From Candidatus Aenigmatarchaeota archaeon (GTDB lineage: Archaea; Aenigmatarchaeota; Aenigmatarchaeia; Aenigmatarchaeales; Aenigmatarchaeaceae), in NCBI GenBank assembly GCA_043814985.1, contig JBDRJK010000021.1:48768-112767 (forward strand): a DNA stretch of 64,000 nt, read 5' to 3'. The translations under genes and the position numbers were made by a program. The stretch's first letter is position 1; each line of letters opens with the position of its first letter. Below, in pieces: positions 18,246 to 27,974 of this stretch. The notes under the pieces are model-generated. The model did no database searches, was not told where the DNA came from, and was given only the letters and a program-made list of their open reading frames with translations.

Positions 18246-19548
18246 GAGCGCTTCCAATAATGTCCTCTAAATTCGGTCTTCCAATTTCCCTTAACTCGTA
18301 CCTCACTCTAACAGAGGGCTTGTTGATGTTCAGAAGGTTCCTCAAATCAATAGGAGTTCCAATCAGAACAGTGTCGCAGTCAACCTTGTTGATGGTCTGC
18401 TCAAGCTCAACTCTTTGCCTCTTTGAATAGCCCATTGCAGGCAGCACTGCGCCTAAATGAGGATAATCAACAAAGACATCCTTGATTGAGCCGACAGCCT
18501 GGCTTCTCGGATTAATTATGTATGCTCCCAGGTTCTTGGCAACAATGCTGGCAACTCCAAAGGCCAGGCCGCCGTGAGTCAAGGATGGTCCGTCCTCAAC
18601 ACAGAGAACTCTCCTCCTCTCTACAAGCTCTGGCCTGTCAACGAAAGGAGGCATGGCCCCCCTGATTATCTTGGCCCTCTTGTTGGCGTACTTGACGTTC
18701 TGGATAACAGTTTCTATGTCCAGAGGGTTGGCAGTGTCAATCTTGTTGACAATGACAACATCAGCCATCCTTAGGTTGGTCTCACCAGGATAGTACATCA
18801 GCTCGTGTCCGGGCCTTCTCGCGTCAGCAACAACTATGTGAAGGTCAGGCTTGATGAAGGGCAAATCATTGTTCCCACCGTCCCATACAATAACATCAGC
18901 CTCCTTTTCAGCTTTCTTCAAAATCTTGGCATAGTCAACGCCTGCATAAAGTATATCGCCCTCTTCAATGTGCAGCTCGTACTCCTCCCTCTCCTCGATG
19001 GTCGAGTTGTAATTGTCCAAGTCGTCCCTTGAGGCAAACCTCTGGACAATCATGTTTTTTAGGTCGCCGTAAGGCATTGGATGCCTGATTATAACGAACT
19101 TTATGCCCTTGGACCTCAGTATCCTGCATATCCTTCTTGAGGTAGGAGACTTGCCAGAACCAGTCCTGACGCCGCACACAGAAATTACAAACTTGTTTGA
19201 TTTGAGCATTGTGCTTTTCAGGCCCATGAGCTTGAAGTCAGCCCCATGCGACATCACTATGGACGCCTTTTCCATGACATCCATGTGCGTCAAATCCGAG
19301 TAAGCTAGAACAACCTCGTCAACCTTGTACTTTTCAATCAGTTTGGGTAGCATGCTCTCAGGAAATATGGGTATGCCCTTTGGATAGAGCCTGCCTGCTA
19401 GGATTTTTGGATAGAACTTGTTAACAATATACGGTATTTGAGCATGAGTAAAGGCCACAACCTTGTAGTTCTTGTTGTCCCTGTAATATATGTTGAAGTT
19501 GTGGTAGTCCCTGCCAGCTGCTCCCATTATTATAACATTTTTTCTCAT
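18232..19548 (-). CDS. COG2403 P-loop enzyme (cDPGS-like); probable arginine synthetase ArcE
   Basis: MGAAGRDYHNFN, RTGSGKS, RHPMPYG, TIEEREEYE, WDGGNND, EDGPSLTHGG and LPAMGY motifs. Confidence 0.85.
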   Translation of the reverse strand: MRKNVIIMGAAGRDYHNFNIYYRDNKNYKVVAFTHAQIPYIVNKFYPKILAGRLYPKGIPIFPESMLPKLIEKYKVDEVVLAYSDLTHMDVMEKASIVMSHGADFKLMGLKSTMLKSNKFVISVCGVRTGSGKSPTSRRICRILRSKGIKFVIIRHPMPYGDLKNMIVQRFASRDDLDNYNSTIEEREEYELHIEEGDILYAGVDYAKILKKAEKEADVIVWDGGNNDLPFIKPDLHIVVADARRPGHELMYYPGETNLRMADVVIVNKIDTANPLDIETVIQNVKYANKRAKIIRGAMPPFVDRPELVERRRVLCVEDGPSLTHGGLAFGVASIVAKNLGAYIINPRSQAVGSIKDVFVDYPHLGAVLPAMGYSKRQRVELEQTINKVDCDTVLIGTPIDLRNLLNINKPSVRVRYELREIGRPNLEDIIGSALRKK

Positions 19549-19601
19549 AAGACTCTAGATAAATTTATAAGATATTCTTATTAAAGCTTTATTAGAACAA
19601 G

Positions 19602-20294
19602 ATGTTATCTGACAAACAATTGATTGATTTAATGGTCTCGGAGCCCAGCTGGGAAGACGTTATTGTCAAAATCATTGCGGAAGAGGGCATGGACCCTTGG
19701 TCTGTTGACATAATAAGGCTTTCCGATGTTTTTCTCGACTACCTTAAAAAAGTAGAGGGGCTTGACTTGAGAATACCAGCAAGGTTCATTCTGATAGCGT
19801 CAATACTGTTAAGGATGAAATCGGACGTTTTGGCTGAGAAGAAGGATAAGGTCCTTATTCCAGAGTCGGAGAAGGAGCCTGATGACATGCTAAGGATTCT
19901 GGCAGAAGTCCCGCCTTTGAACCCTCCCTTAAAGAGGATTCCATTAAGGAACGTTTCCTTGGACGAACTGATATCAGCCCTAAGAAAGGCTTACGATGTC
20001 CAGGACAGGAGGGTTGAGAGAAAGAGAAGGGTCAAGAGGGCTGTTGACTTTGCCATGCCAGTAACAGAAGAAGACATAACACTGAGAATAGAAAAGCTAC
20101 TGACAAACATCAATCAGGCTTTGGTTGAAGTGGACAACATAGAGTTTTCAAGGCTGGTCAAGAGGTGGGGAAGGAAGGAGATTGTCGAGACATTGATACC
20201 CTTGCTGCACTTGTCGCAGGACGGAAAAATCAATTTGTTGCAGAACGAGATGTTCAAAGAGATCACAGTGAGGATGAAAAAAGATCAGACTTAA
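19602..20294 (+). CDS. scpA: Segregation and condensation protein A (kleisin)
   Basis: MDPWSVDI, ASILLRMKS and C-terminal LLHL...G.I.L.Q..F.EI. Confidence 0.92.
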   Translation: MLSDKQLIDLMVSEPSWEDVIVKIIAEEGMDPWSVDIIRLSDVFLDYLKKVEGLDLRIPARFILIASILLRMKSDVLAEKKDKVLIPESEKEPDDMLRILAEVPPLNPPLKRIPLRNVSLDELISALRKAYDVQDRRVERKRRVKRAVDFAMPVTEEDITLRIEKLLTNINQALVEVDNIEFSRLVKRWGRKEIVETLIPLLHLSQDGKINLLQNEMFKEITVRMKKDQT

Positions 20295-20373
20295 ATATTT
20301 TTCTTATTATAACATCATCCCAAAGGCACTAAAAGCATATTTTAATTCTCCGGTAATACTAATTAGGGGTTAA

Positions 20374-20931
20374 ATGAATGAGCAAAAGCTAAAGTCAGTT
20401 GTTGAGGCAGCCTTGTACATGGCGAACGAGCCTATCTCAGTAAAAGAAATGGCAAAGATGTTCAATGTGGAGCCCGACAGTGTAAAGGTTGTCATAGACG
20501 AATTCAAGAAGGAACTGGAAAGTTCTGAACACGGTATCTATATTCTAGAAACACCAAGAGGCTACCAGATAAGGGTCAAACCAAAGCTTGATCCGTTGGT
20601 CAGAAAATTAACCCCGTACAAGGATCTGAGTAGAGGCCTGTTAAGAGTATTAGCTCTAGTCGCATACAAGCAGCCGATAACTCAATCTGAAATTGTGAAA
20701 GTGATTGGCAACAGGACTTACGAGTATGTCAAGGCGTTGAAGGAAAGGGGACTTGTTAACACTGTCAAGCAGGGCAGGACAAAGGCCTTGGTTCCCACAA
20801 AGGAGTTCGCCAACTACTTCGGCTTGGAAAAGCCTGAGGACATAAAAAAGTTCTTTGAGGAGTACAAGGAAGAGACAGTTAAGGAAACTGATGAGAGCGA
20901 CGTGAAAAGTTCTGAGGAAATGGGCGCATAA
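20374..20931 (+). CDS. scpB: Segregation and condensation protein B
   Basis: VEAALY, LALVAYKQPITQS and T.EF..YFGL motifs. Confidence 0.94.
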   Translation: MNEQKLKSVVEAALYMANEPISVKEMAKMFNVEPDSVKVVIDEFKKELESSEHGIYILETPRGYQIRVKPKLDPLVRKLTPYKDLSRGLLRVLALVAYKQPITQSEIVKVIGNRTYEYVKALKERGLVNTVKQGRTKALVPTKEFANYFGLEKPEDIKKFFEEYKEETVKETDESDVKSSEEMGA

Positions 20932-21003
20932 TAATTATTATTTTGCTAGGCTCAGACCTAACAATTCTAAAGATTTTATAAAGCTGATCAATTAACTAGG
21001 ATT

Positions 21004-21477
21004 ATGGAAATAGACAGGAAGACATTAAAGGCTCTGGCAGCAGACACCAGGTTGGACATTCTCAAAAGTCTAGGCAAAAGAAGGAAGACTCCCTCCGAAT
21101 TATCCAAGGAATTGCATTTAGCCACATCAACTGTTACTGAACACTTGGAAAAACTAGAGAAGGCTGATTTGATAAAAAGAGAAGAGACAGGACACAAGTG
21201 GATATATTATTCCCTTTCAAGAAATGGAGAGAATCTAGTAAAGCCGAAATATCCCGTCCAGTTCGTCTTTATGTTGAGCATAACCATCATAGTCATTATC
21301 TCGGCTAGCATTCTAATGTACGGCAACTATTCAAGCATGCAGGCATCTGATAGCGGGGAAGCGCTTTCAGCACCAATGTCCCAGAGAGCAGTAACAGAAG
21401 AAACAGCCAAAATAGGAATCAGCAACATGACGAACGAGACCAATATAACTAATACAACAAATTCTACTTTCCCTTAG
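21004..21477 (+). CDS. ArsR-type wHTH regulator with a TM helix and Asn/Thr-rich tail
   Basis: KALA..TRL.IL, SELS..L.LATSTVTEHL, then a hydrophobic helix. Confidence 0.8.
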   Translation: MEIDRKTLKALAADTRLDILKSLGKRRKTPSELSKELHLATSTVTEHLEKLEKADLIKREETGHKWIYYSLSRNGENLVKPKYPVQFVFMLSITIIVIISASILMYGNYSSMQASDSGEALSAPMSQRAVTEETAKIGISNMTNETNITNTTNSTFP

Positions 21478-22151
21478 ATTATGTCTCTTTCCTGCAACCT
21501 TGCATATACCTCTTTGTGTATCTCTTCAGGTGAGATGAAATTTCCATTTTTGCAGCATTCAATTACTATCCAGCCTTCTATGTCTGCTATATCAAGATAT
21601 GTTCTTCTCACAATCTCCTGATAGCTCATGTCTTCCTCATGTATGTCCTTCTCTCCTCCTATCATCTCATTTTTCTTTTCCCTTTTGGAGAACAGTTTCC
21701 TCGAGACTTTTGGGGGGACGTCGAGTATTATGATGGCATCAGGTTGAGGCATCCTTTTGTCAATGTCCTTTATCCACTCCCATATCTCAAACCTTCTAGC
21801 ACCTTCTAGTTTGGCTGCTTGGAATATATTGGAGGCAGTGAACCTGTCAGAAATTATGTTTACCCCAGCGTCCAGCTTGTCCTTTATTTCATTCTGGAAC
21901 TGGTACCTGTCCATGGAATAAAACAGAGAGCATATCTCCGGGGTCATCTCTTCCTTGGAGCCAAAGTCACCTTTCAGGTACTTGGCAACAAACACACCCA
22001 AAGGAGTCTTCTGGTAGGTAGGGAAGTGTAGCACCTCGACCTTTTCACCATTGCTCCTTAATTTTTCAGCAAGAAGATTGGTCTGAGTTTTCTTTCCAGA
22101 GGAGTCTATTCCCTCAAAAATTATGAATTTCCCTTTCATATCAAACATCAA
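21474..22151 (-). CDS. tmk: Thymidylate kinase
   Basis: FIIFEGIDSSGKKTQ, DRF and PD..IILDVPP motifs. Confidence 0.92.
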   Translation of the reverse strand: MMFDMKGKFIIFEGIDSSGKKTQTNLLAEKLRSNGEKVEVLHFPTYQKTPLGVFVAKYLKGDFGSKEEMTPEICSLFYSMDRYQFQNEIKDKLDAGVNIISDRFTASNIFQAAKLEGARRFEIWEWIKDIDKRMPQPDAIIILDVPPKVSRKLFSKREKKNEMIGGEKDIHEEDMSYQEIVRRTYLDIADIEGWIVIECCKNGNFISPEEIHKEVYARLQERDII

Positions 22152-23388
22152 AGCAGTATTTTATCTTTTGGAATTGTTTTCTGAATTCAATAACTTCTTC
22201 CTTTATTTTTTTAGGATCCTTTTTATCAATGAGAGCGTTCCTGAAGAATGTCGCAATTGCTTTCATTTCCCTCTCCCTCATACCGAATCTTGTCAGCTCC
22301 TGAACACCCAATCTTATTCCTGAAGGGTTCCTAGTTGCATCGTCTGAAGAATCTCCTGGCAAGGCGCTCTTGCTGGTTATTATGTTGCATTCCTCTAGAA
22401 TGTTGGCAACAGTCTTCCCTCCGCCAAACTTCTTGACATTTACCATGGCTTGATGAGATTCAGTGAAGCCTAGTTGAGGGCATAGCACATCGAAACCTTC
22501 CCTAGTCAGGGCATCAGCGAGGTACTTTGCATTTCTTATGACCTGCGTTGAGTACTCCTCCCCGAACTTGTTCATTTCCAGAGCAGTCACGGCCAGAGCA
22601 GGGAACCTGTGGATATGGCTGTTTGAAACGACCTTCGGGAACAGTGCAGTTTCTATTTTCTTCCACTCCTTTTCATCCATATTGTTATTGCCTATTACAA
22701 TGCCGCCTTGCGGTCCTTGGAATGTTTTATGCGTTGACGATGTTATTATGTCAGCCCCTTCTTCAAAGGGCTTCTGGAACTTTTTATTATAAACCAAACC
22801 GAATACATGCGCAGAGTCATAGACAATCTTTATGTTCGGGTCTATTGACTCCTTTATCTCCCTTATTGGCTGTGGAAACAAAAATACTGAGGCGCCGAAC
22901 ATCACTATTTTTGGATTGACCTTCTTGATTATGTCAATTGTCCTTTCAACATTAATATTCATTTTATCCTTGTCAAAGAACATGTCAACATTCTTCATTC
23001 CCCTTACACCAGCCATCCCATATCTAGTATGACTTACATGAGCACCGTTCGGTATTCCAGTACCGACTAGTATGTCTCCCATTTTCGCTAGTGCCGCAAA
23101 GACGCTCAGGTTTGCTATTCCTCCTGAAAGTGGCCTTGCGTCAGCAAATCTTGTGTTGAAATTCTTCCTGAATATGCTGTTGCACAAGTCCTCTATCTCA
23201 TAAGAATACTTGGTGCCATTGTAGTGGCAGTCCCCTGATGTGTGCTCGTTGTATCTTCCACTGAAGTCGGAAGTGTACAGTTTTTCTGCCAGGGGAGACA
23301 TGACACTCTCAGAAGCAATCATGTTTATGCATTCCTGCCTTCTCCATTTGTGATGTGTATTGACAATTTTAATTATCTCATCCAACAT
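22141..23388 (-). CDS. glyA: Serine hydroxymethyltransferase (archaeal type)
   Basis: NMIASE, YDSAHV.GL, STHKTFQGPQGG and SGIRLG motifs. Confidence 0.95.
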   Translation of the reverse strand: MLDEIIKIVNTHHKWRRQECINMIASESVMSPLAEKLYTSDFSGRYNEHTSGDCHYNGTKYSYEIEDLCNSIFRKNFNTRFADARPLSGGIANLSVFAALAKMGDILVGTGIPNGAHVSHTRYGMAGVRGMKNVDMFFDKDKMNINVERTIDIIKKVNPKIVMFGASVFLFPQPIREIKESIDPNIKIVYDSAHVFGLVYNKKFQKPFEEGADIITSSTHKTFQGPQGGIVIGNNNMDEKEWKKIETALFPKVVSNSHIHRFPALAVTALEMNKFGEEYSTQVIRNAKYLADALTREGFDVLCPQLGFTESHQAMVNVKKFGGGKTVANILEECNIITSKSALPGDSSDDATRNPSGIRLGVQELTRFGMREREMKAIATFFRNALIDKKDPKKIKEEVIEFRKQFQKIKYCFDV

Positions 23389-23544
23389 TCAACCACTTCT
23401 CATGATCATAAAGCCTACTATTGTGAATATTATTGCTGTAATTATTAATATGGCACCCAGACCAAAATTGTTAGGATTTCCCATTAATAGTTGTATTCCA
23501 ACGTAAGCCATAATTACGTCTCTTATCAAACCCTTTATTCCCAT
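23389..23544 (-). CDS. Small 2-TM membrane protein (51 aa)
   Basis: Read manually: MGIKGLIRDVIMAYVGIQLLMG...FMIMRSG; fills the thyX-glyA gap exactly. Confidence 0.65.
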   Translation of the reverse strand: MGIKGLIRDVIMAYVGIQLLMGNPNNFGLGAILIITAIIFTIVGFMIMRSG

Positions 23545-23548
23545 TGAA

Positions 23549-24247
23549 TCACAATGCTAAAAACTTCTTCTTGATTTCTACTATGTTGCAGGTTTCCGGT
23601 TTCAGTTCCCTTTCAGGGCAATATCCCAAAGCAACACATGAAGGTCCTGCATTTTCAAATATTATAGGAGAAACTTTTTTGGCTTTTTTCAGCATTTCTT
23701 TAGCAACATTTCTTAATTCCCACTGACATCTTGCACAACATCTTAGCTTGAAAAAATGTAGTAGTTCTCTAGCATTCATTGTTACAACAATGTTTGTTTT
23801 GCATGCATTAGGTAAATAGAACCTAGCATCTTCACTAGGTAATCCTTTTTCTAATGCCTCTTGATACCATCCAGCAATTATTTTCATCCTTTTTTTAAAT
23901 TCCTCCATTTTTTTGTCTTTATATTTTGGAGGAATAACATACCATTCGTCATTGTCAGTTGTTATCTTGACATATCTTTGGCTTTGCTGTGTGAAAGAAG
24001 CTATCCTATGCCTTACCAATTGATGCGTTAAAGCTCTAGAAACACCTTCAAGAGAGAAAGTAAAAGATGCATGCTCAATAACTGATACATGTCCATAAGA
24101 CATTACTCTTTTGAGAATTTTTCTAGCTTTTCCAGGAGTCATTTTTTCTTTTCTTAAAGATGCTCCTTCCTCTTTGAAGGATGTAGCAGCTGATAAAGCA
24201 GACAATATCTCTGGTTCAGGCGTATAACCAAGAAGTTCGACCTTCAT
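23549..24247 (-). CDS. thyX: Flavin-dependent thymidylate synthase
   Basis: GH.S..EH, SR..THQLVRHR..SFTQQSQRY, EDARFYLP and QWE.R motifs. Confidence 0.96.
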   Translation of the reverse strand: MKVELLGYTPEPEILSALSAATSFKEEGASLRKEKMTPGKARKILKRVMSYGHVSVIEHASFTFSLEGVSRALTHQLVRHRIASFTQQSQRYVKITTDNDEWYVIPPKYKDKKMEEFKKRMKIIAGWYQEALEKGLPSEDARFYLPNACKTNIVVTMNARELLHFFKLRCCARCQWELRNVAKEMLKKAKKVSPIIFENAGPSCVALGYCPERELKPETCNIVEIKKKFLAL

Positions 24248-24284
24248 GTATTCTTATTTCAGTCTGAAATATTTAAAGATTTGA

Positions 24285-26186
24285 TTACTTCTTGCGCATG
24301 CCCAAGAAAAGCAATAGCAAAAACATGCCTAGGATGAACATTGATGCATATCCAGTTGGTGAGTTCACAAAGGTGAACAAACCTGTTAATGGGCTCTCTT
24401 CAACACACTCTTGCTCTAATTCAGGCATCTCTTCAACTGTGCCGCAGTCGTTTATGTCAACACATGTCCTTGTCTGTGTTGCGTCAACACATTCAGACCA
24501 GTCTACACACACCCATTCCTCAACACATTCTGGCTCTGTTACAACACCACCAGTTGTCTGCTCGCATGCTTTGGAAGGATTACAGAAGTATCCCTCTCCA
24601 CAATCAGCATCTGCACAACAGCTGCCGTCAAAAGAATCTTCCCCGCAGCAAACCTGATTCTCTTTCAAACAATCCTCAGGGCACTTTGAGCAGTCTTCTA
24701 CGGATTCACACTTATCATCACCACAATAGATGTTTGGTCCTGTTCCACCACCTATGAAAACTCCACCACCTAGTGAAGGTGTAGAAGGAACGCATGCAGC
24801 GTTACCTGAACAAGAATCGTCATCACAATCAACTAGATCATCACAATCATTATCTATTGAATCTGTGCAGACTTCTGTTGCACCTGGATTCACTTCAGAA
24901 TTGGAATCATCACAGTCGTCGTCACCATAAGTATCTCCATCATCATCATCTTCACCGTTACATAAGCCGAGTGTGCATATGTCATTCACGGTGCTTGAAT
25001 TGCCATCATCACATACAGTATTGTTCTCTGCATTGATGTATGTGCAAAAACCATCCACACACTGGTCAATTGTACAAGCATTCTCATCATTGCAGTCCTC
25101 GTCGATTGAACATTCACAATCTTCGTCAACATTACCGTCGCAATCATTATCTATTTCATCGCAACATACTTCCTCAGCCCCAGGGTTTATTGCTGGGTCT
25201 GTGTCGTCACAGTCGTCATCGCCATAACCGTCATCGTCATCATCGTCCTCGCCTATGCAAGAACCTGAATAACATGCGTCATTCACATTGTTTGGATTTC
25301 CATCATCACACTCTGTTCCGTCCTCAAGGCATGTGTTTTCACAGTACCCTAAAACACACTGATCCAAAGTGCATACATTAGAATCGTCACACTCTCCATC
25401 AGAGAAGCACTCATAGCAGTCATCATCATCACTGTCTATTAGGTCATCATTGTCGTTGTCATGACCGTCAAAGCAGTCTGTCTCGGATTCGGGCCAAGAA
25501 TCGCCCCAAGTGTATCCATCATCATAATAACAGTAGTAATAATCACCGCCGCATTCCTGGGATTCATACTCCATCTCAATATCACATGTCCAATCAGATC
25601 CATCTGCACCTTCCATGATTACACATTCTCCTAAATTACAACCATAGCTTGCCACAGTTTCCTCTATTGTATCAGTTCCAACACCAGAGCATGTGACCTC
25701 ATCTGGTATCTCACTACAATCCTCATTATCAAAGGAACAGCCTGTTTCAGAACAGGAACCATCATAGTATCTTACAGAACCATCACAATAAGACTCTACA
25801 GAACAACTATCAACATAGTCACATGTGTCTTCAGCATCACAACCAAAGTAACATGTTGACTCTTTCTGACTATAATCTGTATCTTGGTCACAAACAGCGC
25901 CACAAACCCTTACAACAGAATCTGTTTCAGGGAAGCCATCTGTGCCATCTGCATCAGCGCAGACCGTGTATTGGAATTTGCAGTAATTTGATCCCTCAAA
26001 ATAACAATCACTATCACACCTCTTATCTCCGTAGAACCAAAGGCTGCCATCACAGCTGTCAAAACATTGTGAATCATTTTCACAAGCTATATCGCTACAG
26101 AAGTTAACATGGCACGCATAGCCAATTATTGGTGACAATGATAGTAATGACAAAACCAAAGTCACAATCAAAATGTTCTTGTTCAT
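24285..26186 (-). CDS. Secreted, C-terminally anchored Cys/Asp-rich surface protein
   Basis: Signal peptide, DCDD...NPGA.EVC.D.IDNDCD repeats, C-terminal TM plus RKK. Confidence 0.85.
   Translation of the reverse strand: MNKNILIVTLVLSLLSLSPIIGYACHVNFCSDIACENDSQCFDSCDGSLWFYGDKRCDSDCYFEGSNYCKFQYTVCADADGTDGFPETDSVVRVCGAVCDQDTDYSQKESTCYFGCDAEDTCDYVDSCSVESYCDGSVRYYDGSCSETGCSFDNEDCSEIPDEVTCSGVGTDTIEETVASYGCNLGECVIMEGADGSDWTCDIEMEYESQECGGDYYYCYYDDGYTWGDSWPESETDCFDGHDNDNDDLIDSDDDDCYECFSDGECDDSNVCTLDQCVLGYCENTCLEDGTECDDGNPNNVNDACYSGSCIGEDDDDDDGYGDDDCDDTDPAINPGAEEVCCDEIDNDCDGNVDEDCECSIDEDCNDENACTIDQCVDGFCTYINAENNTVCDDGNSSTVNDICTLGLCNGEDDDDGDTYGDDDCDDSNSEVNPGATEVCTDSIDNDCDDLVDCDDDSCSGNAACVPSTPSLGGGVFIGGGTGPNIYCGDDKCESVEDCSKCPEDCLKENQVCCGEDSFDGSCCADADCGEGYFCNPSKACEQTTGGVVTEPECVEEWVCVDWSECVDATQTRTCVDINDCGTVEEMPELEQECVEESPLTGLFTFVNSPTGYASMFILGMFLLLLFLGMRKK
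24820..25412 (-). repeat. Intragenic tandem duplication of a unit of about 99 aa
   Basis: Units begin ECFSDGECDDSN (about 25412) and ECSIDEDCNDEN (about 25115) with matching Cys/Asp spacing. Confidence 0.8.
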
Positions 26187-26281
26187 TTCATCACTCTGTA
26201 GTAAATATAACTGATAGAAAACTATTTAAAGCTATCATTTATTCACTACCTAGAAATGATAATAAGTTATTAATAAAAGAG

Positions 26282-26355
26282 TGGGCCCGCCCAGATTTGA
26301 ACTGGGGTCACCGACTCCCGAAGCCGAGATACTAACCAAACTATACTACGGGCCC
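26282..26355 (-). tRNA. tRNA-Pro(CGG)
   Basis: GGGCCCG/CGGGCCC acceptor stem, anticodon loop TT-CGG-GA, TTCAAAT T-loop; CCA not encoded. Confidence 0.92.
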
Positions 26356-26400
26356 TAAGAAATATTAAATGAGTATTTAGTTAATAAATTAGAAGCATAC

Positions 26401-26679
26401 CTAATATGTTTTATTATAACTTGTCTTTTGTGGGTCCTTTTTCTTTTTATATTCTCTTAAAACCTCTTCCCATTGAGTTTTAAACTCTTCTAATTCGGGT
26501 AGAGAATAACCTTCACTATTTAGGCCCTGATAAAGTTTTTCCACTCCCCTTATTTTGATTTTTGAAAGAGGAACATGGCCAATATGCCCACCAACAGTAC
26601 CCTCTGTAAACCACACCCTTTCTTCATTATCTATTATAACTCCCATTTCTCCTATTTTAGTAGTAGCTTTAAAACTCAT
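26401..26679 (-). CDS. Hypothetical protein
   Basis: 92-aa ORF with upstream GAGGG; no family recognised. Confidence 0.6.
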   Translation of the reverse strand: MSFKATTKIGEMGVIIDNEERVWFTEGTVGGHIGHVPLSKIKIRGVEKLYQGLNSEGYSLPELEEFKTQWEEVLREYKKKKDPQKTSYNKTY

Positions 26680-26732
26680 TTTATTACCCTCTTTATTAAC
26701 AATTAAATTGCAAAAAGATTTAAGATAGTGTT

Positions 26733-27530
26733 TTAGATGCCGACTTCAATAAAGGCTCCTAGCAGGACAGCCAAGACAGCCAAGCCCATTAAGATTATAG
26801 AATCCCTGAAAACAAGGGAAAACTCCTTGCTGAACAGCTTCTCCCTTATTAATCCAACGGATATCATGCCCCCTGCTATGCCAGCTAGGAAATAAGCTAG
26901 TATCTCAATAGGAGCGTGTGGAATCAGGCCAACAGTTCTTACAACAAACTCCTCCACTAATCCTTGTCTCAAAAAAGAGGCCAAGTACAAAGCAAGAATC
27001 GAAGCGTTCCAAGCCAGTATGATTACTGCACCGCTTCCTATCAGGAATGACAGCACAAAGGACAGCGCCATTACCCTGAGGTTGTTCATAATTATGATGT
27101 TCAGTATGTCTGAAACAGTGAATGATCCTGATATTGAGGTCACCCTTTCTATCTCTGACAGCTGGTCACTAAAAATCCGGGTGACATACTCCTCTGGTGA
27201 TAAAACAGCAATCAGGAATATTGCCACGCATACCCCCAGAAAGAAGAGTGTGAATGACCATATTGCCTCATCATGCCTGTCCCAAAATGTCTTATGTATT
27301 TTGTGCTCTGCCTCTTCCCTTTCCACCTCCTCCTCTTCCTTGAATATGCCGTATATCATGGGAGTCATTGCCACTGTTATGAATAGGGTCACTATCTTCC
27401 CTGTTGAGGTTCCTGGGAATATCAAATCAGCAAGATAGATAGAAGCGAAAGTGATTATCATTGAGAAGATGAACATCTCTGCGGGGTTTTTTATTACCTT
27501 CTTGACAGGAAACAACGACTCTAAAACCAT
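26733..27530 (-). CDS. SpoIIM/DUF95 family membrane protein
   Basis: I..NNL.V, WNA and PHA..EI.AY..AG..GG motifs. Confidence 0.85.
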   Translation of the reverse strand: MVLESLFPVKKVIKNPAEMFIFSMIITFASIYLADLIFPGTSTGKIVTLFITVAMTPMIYGIFKEEEEVEREEAEHKIHKTFWDRHDEAIWSFTLFFLGVCVAIFLIAVLSPEEYVTRIFSDQLSEIERVTSISGSFTVSDILNIIIMNNLRVMALSFVLSFLIGSGAVIILAWNASILALYLASFLRQGLVEEFVVRTVGLIPHAPIEILAYFLAGIAGGMISVGLIREKLFSKEFSLVFRDSIILMGLAVLAVLLGAFIEVGI

Positions 27531-27563
27531 ATGTATAATAATTAAGGCGTTTATATAAATTTT

Positions 27564-27974
27564 TCAAACTAGAAGTAACATTGCAATTAATGCTAAAACG
27601 ATCCCTACAATTCTCCTCCAGTTTATCTTTTCTTTGAAAATAATCACTGAAAAAGTGACAATTAAGGCTAGGTTAAGACTGAAAAGAGGGAATATCACAA
27701 CTCCTGGCCCTGTTGACAAAGCTGTCATGATGGAAAAGACTGTGATGAAGTTGACCATTCCTATAATTATCCCTATTTTGATTGAGAATTTCTTGGTTTC
27801 TTTTTTTACCTTTCTATTCGGTAGGTATCTAGCAAAGGCAAAGCTTGAACCTATGCTATAGGCAATCAAGATGAACAATAGTCTGTCCATTGTTGTGGCT
27901 CCTACTTTACTGAAAAATGAGGCAATTACTATAGCCACAAATGCAATCAACAGATATCTATGCTCTTTTTTCAT
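27564..27974 (-). CDS. EamA transporter, C-terminal half
   Basis: About 5 TM segments; ALSTGPG..IFP and FKEKI; overlaps the upstream half by 17 nt. Confidence 0.7.
   Translation of the reverse strand: MKKEHRYLLIAFVAIVIASFFSKVGATTMDRLLFILIAYSIGSSFAFARYLPNRKVKKETKKFSIKIGIIIGMVNFITVFSIMTALSTGPGVVIFPLFSLNLALIVTFSVIIFKEKINWRRIVGIVLALIAMLLLV

Noticed and set aside
24292..25381. His/Ser-rich plus-strand ORFs
   Set aside because: They are antisense shadows of the Asp/Cys-rich surface protein codons.
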